The position numbers and the translations under genes were made by a program. A DNA stretch of 64,000 nucleotides. Origin: Raillietiella orientalis (lineage: Eukaryota). Within the stretch, counting starts at the first letter, position 1. Each line of letters begins with the position of its first letter. The notes under the pieces are model-generated. The model worked only from the letters and a program-made list of their open reading frames with translations. It was not told the origin of the DNA and made no database searches. This document shows positions 53,001 through 64,000 of the stretch, piece after piece. The DNA is taken from positions 2,294,001 to 2,358,000 of the forward strand of contig JAYWIR010000020.1 in assembly GCA_036172245.1 (NCBI GenBank). The letters are read 5' to 3'.

Positions 53001-56000
53001 CCTCCATCAGGAAGCGATCCCTTCCTTTCCCCCTCTCCTCCAGTGGTCAATCTATTTGTTTCTATTTTTGTTTGCCCCCACCCCTCCTCCCCTCTGCTAG
53101 TGAAGCGACCCTTGCCGGTCCGCGGTCGCTCACCCTCGTAAGTCTCTCCTCCTAGCCCCACGAGTGGGTGGGTGGATGGGACGTGCGCGCGCGCAGAACG
53201 GTGGTCATACTTTCCGGCGTCTTCAGGCCATTCGAGCGTGGGAAGAAGGACCTCATAAGGCTGGTCTCGGCCAGTCGTTAAAGGCCTTCTCCTCCTTCCA
53301 GAGAGCGGAGGGAGCTCGAAGAACGTGTTCCTTCGATCGGTCCAGGATCGGAGGCAGGAGGTGAAGGGGCATCGGAAGTTTCTTCTTTCCCTCCCTTTCA
53401 GCACCCCGATTGGCTCTCGCGGAGGGAGGTGTCGGAACCGGCGAAGACCTCAGAACAATGGGAGGCGCGCGAGCAGCGGGTGTCGAAACGTCCTGACTCA
53501 GAGAAAGGAAGGGTTTCCTTCGGATGGCAAAGAGCATGAGGCCTCTCCCCCTCCCTTCCCCGCAGTTCCACTTGTGGCCTCGCAACCAATCTTTTTGCGT
53601 AACGCCCTGCCACCCCCGCTCATTGCGACGCCGAGGGGACACGCGCTACTCATCCTTGCACAACCTTTCCTCACGGTGGGAGCAGTCGAACAAGGACAGA
53701 GGGGCCCCCCAGTTCGGAGAGGGACGTGCTCCGTGAGATCACGAGCGAAGCGTCACCACGAAGAAAGGGGGGAAGGGGGAGCAGGTCTCGGTCGTCCTAG
53801 ACTCCGGCTCTTGTCGCATGCTCCGGAGTCCCTTCGGCTTCGCGGCTTCAGACTGAAACCGCGTAGGACCCGGACCCTGGACGCGCGGCACACACATCGC
53901 GGATCTACCCCCCAGGGTGGGGGGGGAGGAGAAAGATGCGAACTTTTCCGAAACTGCGCGCAGTACCGAGAGACTTTCCCAGAACCGTGCAGCTATCGGT
54001 TCGCGAATACGAAGCTCTGATTGGTCGAAAACTCGTCCCTTCCAGGAACGATGCGGTTTCCAGGATGGGAGGAGCCGAAGAGGAGCATATCTTCTTCTCG
54101 CCCCGAAAAAGGAGGCAGGACAGCCTCTACGCCCATCCTGCTTCCCCGATCCACCTTACGCACCTAGGCAACTGCTGCCTCTCCCCATGCAACCCCCGCC
54201 CCACCCCCCTGTGGCGCACTCAGTGTGTCGCGAGGACTGGCTCCTGATGACCCCGATGAAGTAACCCCCCCTCCTGCAAAGACGCACCTGCTGCCTGCCT
54301 CCCTCCCACCCCCCACCCTCTCCGCTCCGACCCGTGTCCGTGGAAACGGTTCCAAACAACGACGACGCCTCGAGGTTTCCCCGCCAACACGAGGCAAAGA
54401 CAAAGAGAGGGAGAAAAAGACAAAGGCTCCATGACCAATCGGAAATTCCTCCTATCTGTGAAATCCCTTTTTTCCACTCTCTCTCTCTCTCTCCATAGGA
54501 TTATTTTTAGAAGATGCGAAATGTTGACTTCGTTTTTCATATCCATCCGCGGGTTCTTCCCAAGGTCACCCGTTCCGGTAAACACGTCTCCGGATTCGTG
54601 ATTTCCCATGGACCAGCGCACAAGCATTGTTCACTCGATGTTTCTTTTTTTTTTTTCTTTTTTCTCCTTCCCCATCGATCGGTACCATCATGAGAGTGCG
54701 AGCAGTGCTGGCCTTTCACTGACCTCTGGTCGCAGGGAACCTCCATCCCATCTTCAAGGATTCCCGCAGCGCTCGTGGTCCACCGAACGCCATGGCTCAG
54801 AGCGCACACGTTCCTGAGCCGCCAGTCCGCTTCGGTTCCTGAGCGCCTTGGGTGGCTCCTGAGCCCGAAGCTGCTCAGGAGCCGCGTGCTCTGCGTTCGC
54901 ATCCCCGGGCGAGACGCGAAAGAACACAACTCAAAGGCGGATTGGGTCCGCGAGCACCGCCTGCCTCGTTGGTGCACGAAAGGTGGTCGGGAGAATTCGC
55001 ACGGTAGCCTGCAGGAACGCGGACGAGTTCCGCGCTGCCGCGGTTCTGTTGCTCCAAGACAGCACTGAAACGTTCCTTTTTCTCCTCCCATTTTTCCCTT
55101 TTTTTTTTCTCGCTTTGGAGGAACACTCGAAACACTTCTGCAAGAGGTGTAGCCAGACCCTGGCCAGTCCGTCTTTCCTCAGCACAGCGAACCTGTGAGC
55201 CACCGCGCCGCTGCCTGGTTCCACCCACGAGGCGTTCCGTTGTCCGACCCACGAGGCAGTAGAACCTGCTCTTCGACTGCGGTGGCCCCAAACGACTGTG
55301 GCAGAGGCTGTCTTCAGCGCTCCTGCACCAGGGAGGCAACGCCATCGACGTCATGAGCCGCTTCTTCACGCGCGGTGGCCTCGCTAGGTGCGGTCATTGC
55401 AACGACCTGTTGTATCGGCGCCATCGTCATGTCCCACCATGTGTTGGAGTCGCGAGCGGTCCCAATAGAGGTCACCAGGATTGCAGCCTCCAGCATGAGG
55501 GCGGCTACCAGATGGCCTCACATCATCAAACAAGTCCTTATCTTTAGTCAAAGAAGGAGACTTCCGGCATTCAGCGCCGGTTGTGAGAAGAAGGAACGGC
55601 CGAAGCAAAAGACTCCTGTCCCCTACCACCCCTTATCTTTTTTGTATTTATTTATTGTCCCCTCCTTCCCGTTTCGAACTTTTGGATTCCCCCACCGGTG
55701 CGTCGGGCAACCCTCCCCTTGAACTTCTGGTCCCTTGGTCCGGGGACCGAGTTCCCAGATGGTTTGCTCTTTTTCAGAATAAGCGTCCCGGAGCAGCGGG
55801 GCAAGAGAACCCACGAGGCGCGCAAGAAAGCGGCTGCGTGACTTTCGCCCCAAATCTACTGCTTCTCCTCCAGGCTCTGCTCTCTCGGTACGGGAGGAAG
55901 GCCGATGGATCGAAACATCGTCCGGCAGGAATGGAGTTCAAGGTCGCTGCCGTCCCCTCGAAGGACGCGCGGACGCGGGTAGCTGACTCGGAGATTCAGG

Positions 56001-56514
56001 TCTTGCACTGGGGGCGGGATGGGAGAAGGAATGTTCCCGATCATTCCTCAGCCGGCTCCCTGAACCGGGTCCTGTGTCGCCCCTTCCCATCTTGGCTTTC
56101 CTCCAGCTTATTTTCTTCCTGGCGGGGCGATCGTCGTCTAAGCGATCTCGAGATCTGCGCGTGACTTTGGAATGCTCGACCCGATGCCAACCCCCCCACC
56201 CCCCGACTGCCTTTGCAATACTCCTCTCGACTCGCGTAGCTGACGAACTGTGGGCTGGAAGGTTTTCCGGGACAGACGCAGCTTCCTTTTCCTCCGCGCG
56301 CGGTCAACGGAACCGATTCGTGAGTATGGGAGGTCACTGCCGGAGGTGCGACTTTGGTTTCCCACCCGAAACAAAATGGCCGCCGTTTCCATTTCCTTCC
56401 GAAGGCTCACGCTGGAAGTTTTCCGAAGATACGGGGTGAGACCAACTCTTTTGTCTTATCCGACAGATGGCTAAAAATACACATTCTTTAGAAGGCACAA
56501 ACCGATCATCCGTC

Positions 56515-57270
56515 TTCCTTCTTTTTCTTTGGTTGGCCAAGTGCTCAAGGACCGTTCGCCTGGAGGCTTGCGAAGTCCTACCGCACTGTTCCACGCCACC
56601 ACCCGAGGGCGCTTGTCTACTCTTCAAGTTATAGGGGGTAACCCCGGAAGGACCATCCCATGGATCCAGGAAGGTTTAGCAGGAAGCAGTCCGTTCCTCT
56701 CGCGCTTGGTAGGGGAACCACGAAGAAAACCATTGCTCTGATTGTCCCCGAAGGAAACCATCGATCTGGTTGTCCCCGAAGAGAACTCCGAAAGGAACCA
56801 TTGCCCTGATTGTCCACGAAGGGAACCTCTTCTTTATTCTCTCTGGAGGAACCACTCTATGAATCTAGGAAGGCCCCAGAGAAAGGAAGTTCGTTCTTCT
56901 TACGCATGCTAGGGAATCCTGAAGGAAACTTTCGCTCTGGCTGTCTCCAAAGGGAAACTCACTCCCTGAAGAGTTATCAAGCTACCAGCTCCATGGTAAG
57001 AGATGGAGGGTCCATTTGTACAACCGGAAGGGAGCCCCGAAAGGGTCCTTCATTCCTGGAAGGACGGAGGAAGATCGACTTCCAATCCCGCCCATTCAGC
57101 GAGGGCATCCAAGGATTTCCGGCTTCCACCAGCGTCGCACGCAACGCTTACGAGGCCAATCGACGTCCCCTGCGGGAGGGGGCACTCAAAACCCTCTCCT
57201 CCCCCATTTCTCTGTACTTCGTTCCTTCTTTCCCTGGGTGGGATTCGAACCCGCTTTTTCGATACCGCTC
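56515..57270 (-). mobile_element. tRNA-headed SINE family copy 3
   Basis: B-box reverse complement GGATTCGAACC at 57241-57251. Long match to copies 1 and 2. Internal sub-repeats at 56715-56830 and a partial internal duplication at about 56858-56960. Confidence 0.75.
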
Positions 57271-57759
57271 GCGGATGTCCTCTCCATGCGGCGGCCGCCG
57301 CCGCGGACTGCAGCTTCCTCCAGCTGCCCGTTTCATCACGCTCAGGGCCTGAAGCGTCCTGTCCTTCCCGTCCCACTGGCTGCGCGATGGTGCCGCCGTC
57401 CTCGGCAGAGAAAGCGCCTTTGCTTGGTTTCGCTGCCACCGACCTGAGCACAAGAGCGAAATTTTCTGCTCAGAAGAGCTGCACGTTCGCCCTGCAAGAG
57501 ATTCGCTCGGTTCATTCCCTGGCAGCATCCCTGCTCGAACTCCAAATCCTTCCACCTGGAAAGATTCCCCCTGTTAGTCGACCAGGGGCGAGGCGTGGAA
57601 GGAGGAGGAGGAGCAGGAAGGTCCCCTGGCGCAGACAGTGTGGAATGCGGACCGAGCGGGCTGAAGCGGGAGAAGCAGCGGGCAAATCAAATCAACAGTG
57701 GCCCGCACAAGAAGAACTCCTGAGGAGCAGAACCGGAGTCTCATCCGCGAGAGCCGGAA

Positions 57760-58100
57760 GATGAATCACGCGGTCTGACTGGAACGCGTCACGCAGGATC
57801 GGTCCATCGGGGAGACGCAGAATTCCGCGTTGAATGAGGCTCGTCCGATCTCGGAGCAAACGATGCTGTTTGGATGTTCGCTTCCGGTAGAAGACGGGTA
57901 CCCGGACGCCGCCTCATCCACCCCGGTTCCTGTTCTCGACCCGGCAGCAGGAGTTCCGGGCGCGTGCTGCCCGCTCCGAGGCCTGTCGATCCGCTGCGAC
58001 GCCTCCCGGGGCGATTCCCGGGAGAGGCTTCTGCTCCGCCGGGTGGAGCTCCGAACCCGGCGCGGTCCAGTGGAAATCCACGGGCGCTCTGGGTGAGCGT
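57760..58100 (-). pseudogene. L1-like endonuclease remnant
   Basis: GRASFNAEFCVSPMDR resembles GGDFNCV..P.DR. Confidence 0.3.
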
Positions 58101-59500
58101 CCCTGGTGGCTTCTTTCGCGCGCGTTTCGGACGGGTGACGCCTCTGAAAAGAGGAGGGTGCTCCCGGCATCGGCGCATCCGCTCGCGGGCGGGCGGGGGG
58201 GGGGACGCGTCCCGTTTCCACGTCGACTCCGCCGTTTTCACCTTGCGCGACGGCGAGGAGCCTCGCAAAAGTGGCCGTCCGGGACTTTCACTCGAGGAGC
58301 CGAGGGAACCTATTGATCACGGGACCGATTCGAAAGTCTCATCCTCTTCGGGGGGAGGGAGGGGGGGGGGAGGGAAGACAATGGTGGTGTTTTCAGCCAC
58401 GAAGAATCGGTTGCTCGCAATAAACGGACTTGGTCGCTTGCCATCGGTTACGTAAAAATCGAGCGCGAAAAGCAGCAGCGCCAAAGAATCTGGGAAGGAA
58501 GAGAAGGAGGGAGGGGAGGGGGGGAAGTGGATTTCCAAAGCAAACAAGAGGCAATTATGCCACCGGAATGAGCCACAGAGGCCGAAAAGATAGCGAGGAG
58601 AGCTTTGGATTCCGGACTCGTGCCGGCATCCGGAATTGGGACGTCTCCGATGCATCATCCCTGCGAGCGGGAGGGAACGTAGGAAGGGGAGGGTAGTCTC
58701 TCCTCCTTCCAGAATGCACGCAGGAAGGTCGGGAACCCCATCAGGCGTCGAAGGCCATTCGGGTTCCCTGAGCCTGGTGGAAAGAGCGCCAAAAGTTCCC
58801 TCCTTCCGCCTCTTGCTGGAAAGCGCCATCTAATGAGGGTTTCGGAATTTCGATTCCCCCTTACGAGGGGAGGGGGGACGCGCGCACGGAGAGAGGCGGC
58901 AGTCGCTATGGGGCTACGGTTTGCTGGGGTGCTGAGGGTGCCGCACGGAGGGTCCACCATCACGTTTGGCGCGGAGGAGGAGGAAAGGTGAACCGAGCGG
59001 GTCGCCCAGCTCCAACGACCGAGCGAAATCCCTCCCTTCCCCCCTCGCCATCTGGAAGCGCCGGCAGAGACGCGCGTCTCCAAAGAACGCCTCCATCTTT
59101 CTCGTGAAGACGAACGGGGGAAGGGGGGAAAAAAAAACAAAAAAAAAACGAGAGCGGTCCTTCCGTTTGGAGAGATCTGAGGAAATCGAGCGGATCTGCA
59201 CTTCGCACAAAAAAAAAAAAAAAAGAGAGAGAGAGAAAATCCGCAGGCAGCGCCGCCAACGGCAAAAAGCAACAACAGCGTTCAGCGCTTGCGTGTGTTT
59301 TTTTTAAAAAAAGGAAAAAAGAAGAAAATGCGGCGCGCGTAGAAAGAAATCCGTCCTTGCGTAGGACGGGTGCGGGGACCCCGGGACAGGTACCGAAGGA
59401 TGACTCGTCGGCGTGAGATACGGCTCGGGGATCCACCGGGAAGGAGAGAATGAACGGAACAGCGAGGAGAGGCGGTTTCCCCCCATTGGCCGAGGTCGCG

Positions 59501-59508
59501 TATAAAAG
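59501..59508 (+). promoter_or_regulatory. TATA box (TATAAAAG) of the Tweedle-like gene
   Basis: Canonical TATAAAAG in a GC-rich context about 135 nt upstream of the predicted ATG, with a reverse CCAAT (ATTGG) just upstream. Confidence 0.6.
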
Positions 59509-59636
59509 TAGGTCCGATAAAAAGTCGCCGGTCACAATGTGGAACGAGCGAAAGCGAGGTGGCAGCCGGCATTCCTCCAAGTGAGTCCAATGAAGCTTCA
59601 GCAGGTCGCGCTCGCGGTGACCGGCTTCTAGTTGTG

Positions 59637-62600
59637 ATGCCCGGAGAGGAAGGTGCAAGCGGCCTGCCCGCGCTGCTGCTGCTGCTGGTGAGTAATCTCG
59701 AAAGCGTTGACGTGGAAACCGGGGCGGGCAGAAAGAGGAGCAGCAAGCAAGCAGCACGCGGACGGACTCCTCCCTCCCCCTTTCCCCACCCTCGCAGTGT
59801 GCGTTGGCGGGGCGGGTGTGTGGCACCGGCGTCCGGTTTTTTCGTAGGGTGCAATCGGGAACGCGGAAAAACCCGCCTCCGCGAGTCACTCCGTCCCTAT
59901 CCGAGTGTGTGTGGGGGCCACCACCCTTTCTGTTTCTCCAGGGACGCCCGCCGTGTGCGGGAGAGTGTATGCGGCATCCCCTGCTCTTCCTCCCCAGTCC
60001 CCATTCTTTCGTGGCGACCGCATTCGGTCAACTGGAACGCGGAAAGCGCGCGGTCGTGCGTTGCTGTGCAGCAGAGAGTGTCGGACTCTTGCGGATTTTT
60101 TTCGTACTTACCCCCCGCCGCTCCAGTCGCGCGACTTTGCTCCCGAAAGGGCAGGTGCAGACGAAACCAAGGAGCGCGCGGGCGCTCTGGAAGAGGTGCC
60201 GAAGAATTTTCCAAGAAGCTTGGATTTGCTGCAAGCAAACAACCAAACGAAGAAGAGGGAAAAAGAGAGCGCTTCGTTTGCAAGAAGAGTCAGTCCCCTT
60301 GGCGAGTTGCGTGAAAGCTGCACGTAGCAACGAATTTTAGAGGACGGTAACTTTCGATTTTCGATCGGGGTCATCTTAGCTCGAAAACGAAAAATGAGTA
60401 TCCAAAAAATTCGTCTTCCTGTTTTCCTTGTTTGTCGTTTTTTTTCTCAAAAGAAAAAAAAGATAAAAAAAGGAGGAAGATCTTCACAAGGAACCTCCGC
60501 TCGCGTAGTCATCCAGATCCTGGAATACCTTCCAGCCCCCTCGCTGTTCTTGCAGTGCCATTCGCAGGACGCTTTCGTCGTGGGGACGGGCGCGGTTTCG
60601 ACTCTCTTTCGCAGTTCCGGGAAGGAGAGTCCTCGTCCCGAAGGTAAGCGACTACGGGAACCTCCCTCCCCCCCCGTTCGGTAGAACGGAATCACGCCCG
60701 CGCCTGGTTTCTTATTTCCCCGCACAAGATTCGCCAGGAGGCTTAGGAAGAGCATGGAGAGGGAGAGAGAATCCTTGGAGAAATCCAAAATCCACGTTAC
60801 AAACGTAACCATGGGAACCTGCCGAGAACCGGCTCTCAGCCCGGCGAGGTTCTCCTCAGCAGCAGAGGGGAGGGGGACAAAAACAACAACAACATAAAAC
60901 ACAAAACATACAGTCAAAAAAATGGGGGGGTCAGGAAGGGATCACTGTGTGCTGGAAGGCGTCCCCTGCATCCTTGTAAGGATGCCGCCAACATGGAGCG
61001 ATCTTGACGCTATCCTCACGAAGAGGACGGCAGAATGGCGTCCCTATAGTCCTGACGTTTCCCCATGCAGCCACGATCGCCCCGCGTGGGCAGAGGAGTG
61101 CTGCTAGGGAGGGATGCGGCCGGAGTGGGGACGTCTCGCAGGAAGAGGCGCTTCAGGACGCTCAGGGATCGCCTTTGGGGGTTCCTCAGGGGTGCGGAAA
61201 AACGTTTCCATAGGGGCCGGAGGGCAACACAGTCCACGAGCCCAGGTGCGGGAGAGACTTGCCGTACCTGCTGCAGTTCGAGCTTGCCCTCCCCCGGGTC
61301 CAGGGGTGGCTGCGGGCGTTGCACGGGAAGATCCAGTGCAGGAGCATCGATGCCACTTAATGGGGGGGTGGGATGAGGGTTGCACTGTCCCAACACGCTA
61401 GGGGCCACGCACCTCCTCCGGAGTTATTTCTAGTAGCTCTCCCCAGCTTAGCAGTCCTTTCGGAGGGACACTCGGGGTGGCAGCGTCCGCGAGCTCCCTA
61501 TTTGTCCGATCCGGAGGAGGCTGGAGGGAGTGCCGTCTCCGTCCCGACTCGACTTTCAAACCCACGGATGCTTCCCTCACACGGATAATCGGCTCCAGTT
61601 CATCAGCGGCACGCTTAAAGCGGTGAGGACACCGGCCTCAACTTTCCAAAACACACGGACCATTTCTATTCCTTTTTTTCTTTCTTTCTCTCTCTCCCCT
61701 TCCCATCATCATCCTGCACTTTTTATTTATGGACTCGCAGCACTTATGGAGGTTCGCCAATTACAGCGCACCGGTTGAGACGAGTGCAGAAGCGGGAGCG
61801 GAGCGCTCAGCAACCGACGGACCAACCACCTCCGCGACGGCCGTTTCGTGGCGCAAGCGACCGGTTAGGCTGCGAGAGGGTCTATCCCTCCCCCCCCTCC
61901 CCTTTCCCTGGGACTTTTTCCCTCCCTCCCCCCGCCTCCCTTCCCATGGGCGCTCTTTTCTCGTGACAGGGCAGCGCGGTCCGCGTCGGGGACCGCCTCT
62001 TCCAATATGTTAATGCAGCCATTCATCTTTCCAGTTTATTTCCGTGCTCTTGCCGTCGCACACACACGGCGTAGGGAACGGCGTCCGAGAAAGCAGGTCT
62101 AATTGGATACCGATTACGCGGGACGGCGGCAAAACAACCGACCACTTGACTTTCTCTCCCGGCGAAAATGAAGAGGAACCCAAAGAGCGTTTCCCGACGC
62201 TCCTGCCGCCGCCACCCGCGTCCGGAGACCAGCAAGCGTCAGAAAGGTACATTTTGAAAAAAATAAAAAAAAGAGCAATCACTTCCTATGCAGCCGTTTC
62301 TGTTGACCCATTAGCGTTTATTCGGAGCAGCAAGTTTTGTCTCCCGTGCACCCCCACTCCGGGTTCTTCCCTTCCGGATGGGGGTTCCCTTTCATCGTGT
62401 ACCCACTGATCGGTGCATACGGGATTCCTGCGGCGAGTTTCCTTCCTCTCCAGTCTTTTCCGAATTACGGATTGCATGGACAGTTCCCTGCGCGCAGCAA
62501 GAAGCCCAAAAGACACTACAAGGTCGTTTTCGTGAAACCTCCGAAAACGCCTCCGCAGGAAGTGATCCTCCCAGAGAGCAAGGCAAAGTCCACGTCCGTG

Positions 62601-62780
62601 GTGGTGTACTTGCTCGTCCCCAAAACCAAACCGCCAGTGCTGAAACACCCCGTGAAATACGAACCCAGCAAACCAGAGAAACCGGAAGTGTTCCTAGTGA
62701 AATACAATTCTAAGCAGGATGACATTAAGTCGAAATTTACCCCCAACTCGTATCCCAGGGATGCCGTTCCTCCAGAGTAG
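59637..62780 (+). CDS. Tweedle-family (DUF243/DM5) secreted cuticle protein, exons 59637-59687, 62035-62246, 62315-62780 (about 242 aa)
   Basis: Exon 3 encodes KRHYKVVFVKPP / TSVVVYLLVPK / PSKPEKPEVFLVKY, matching the Tweedle blocks KHYKIIFIKAP / KTLVYVLVKK / PSKPEVYFIKY. A CTG|GTGAGT donor at 59688 and ctttccAG acceptor at 62034 give a signal peptide MPGEEGASGLPALLLLL|FISVLLPSHTHG. The phase-2 intron 62247-62314 keeps the frame. The 5' exons are less certain than the domain exon. Confidence 0.8.
60920..61420 (-). pseudogene. Decayed L1/Tx1-like ORF2 3' end inside intron 1 of the Tweedle-like gene
   Basis: LVDCVALRPLWKRFSAPLRNPQRRSLSVLKRLFL aligns with LSDCSALAGMWRRLAMVLRQPQGRALDLLWRFFF at about 34820-34930. 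Confidence 0.55.
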
Positions 62781-62860
62781 CCCTCCCGGACGAACTCGCC
62801 ATTGTGCTTCTCCCCTTGCAGCGTCCTGTAAGATGTGCAGTAATACGTCCGTGGGGTTGC

Positions 62861-62866
62861 AATAAA
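62861..62866 (+). terminator. Polyadenylation signal AATAAA of the Tweedle-like gene
   Basis: AATAAA 80 nt after the TAG stop at 62780. Confidence 0.6.
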
Positions 62867-64000
62867 CTCGTGAAAAACGACAGCCAATCTATTCATTAGA
62901 CGTAGATGGACCCGACACGTTTCCCGAGCGTGGTTTCCCAGGCGCTTCCACGCCTCCGTAACCACGGAGGAAGAAGCCCTTGGTTTTTTGGAAGTTGCTG
63001 GCGTCGCTTCTGGAACGCGGTGGACCGAACGGATTTTCCCGAAGGGGATGGATGCTGCGCGAGACGGATGTGCGCGCGGGCACGAGGGGATGTGTCCGCG
63101 GATGGAATCGCGTCGCCTGGTGCCCGTTGCACCTCTCTGCAGCGGGATCCATGGTGACGTTAAAGGAGAAACAAATTGCTTCGCCTTTCAATCAAGGAGA
63201 AGGATTCAGGAAACGGGATGAGAGGAAGACAAAAAACAAAAAAAATCTCATGCTGTTTTTGTTCCCTCACCACCGAGGAGAAGTTCATTAATTTTTTTTT
63301 TTTTTTTCCTCTGATAGATCTCGGAAATTTCAGAAATGCGAAGCCAGTCAAGAGGGAAGGACTTCAGTTTTTCCTTTTAATAACGATGTGACGCCTAATT
63401 TCGCATTGAAAGTCCTTCTGTTTCGTAATCATCGCTGCATCTTGCTCTTTTTTCTCTTTTTTGAAGGAGAGGGAAGGGGGAGGGGGGAGGAACTGCTCTC
63501 GAAATTCGCCTGGTTTCACGACAAGGAACGAGGGATTCCCGTGCGACTTTGGCAGCTGACGATGGAACGTGGCGGATTCATGTGGTGAAGCTGGATTCCG
63601 CATCCGGAACCAGGATTTCATTCAAGGCATCTTGCGATGCGAAGACTCGAGAGTGAAAGTTTCGAATCCGGCTAATGAATGCATAATGATTTTCCGGTAA
63701 GAGTGTAAGGAGGCAACCGTGAGATTCTGCGTCCCACGACAACTTGATGGACCGATACCGAAGAGGTCGAGAGCGTTTATTTCTCAAGACGTTTCGAGTT
63801 CCCTCGGAAGGACGACGCCTATCTGCCACACGACGGATCCTCCCACGTAAATATTCAGCGCGAGGCGCACCGGAGCCAAGGCAGAATTTGCAAAGTGCAT
63901 TTGGCCCCCCTCGGGCGATTCGGCGGAACTGTTTGCATCGAAAGTCTCCCTTAGTCTCTCCTCTTCCGTGATCGATCTTTGCGTCTTGCAGTTCCCTACA

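Noticed and set aside
58960..60340. 309-aa and 251-aa ORFs as genes
   Set aside because: They run through homopolymer tracts and the Tweedle promoter, exon 1 and intron. No domain signal.

Overview
Eukaryotic, most likely pancrustacean arthropod, genomic DNA. The taxon is inferred from spliceosomal introns and a Tweedle/DUF243 cuticle gene. Two host genes can be built by hand. The first is a compact 6-exon BARD1 (RING-ankyrin-tandem BRCT, minus strand, 7217..5280, 532 aa) with four very short introns of 39-47 nt. The second is a 3-exon Tweedle-family secreted cuticle protein gene (plus strand, 59637..62780, about 242 aa) with TATA box and polyA signal. Most of the rest is heavily decayed retroelement debris, mostly L1/Tx1-like. 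It also holds a tRNA-headed, poly(A)-tailed SINE family (three long copies plus one head-to-head fold-back of two 3' ends) and a tight cluster at 21.7-29.8 kb of four AT-rich foldback-like elements that share GC-containing sub-repeated inverted termini. One of these appears to have captured an inverted copy of its own flanking DNA. No prokaryotic system, CRISPR array, rRNA or intact tRNA was seen. All alignments and counts were done by eye and need computational confirmation.
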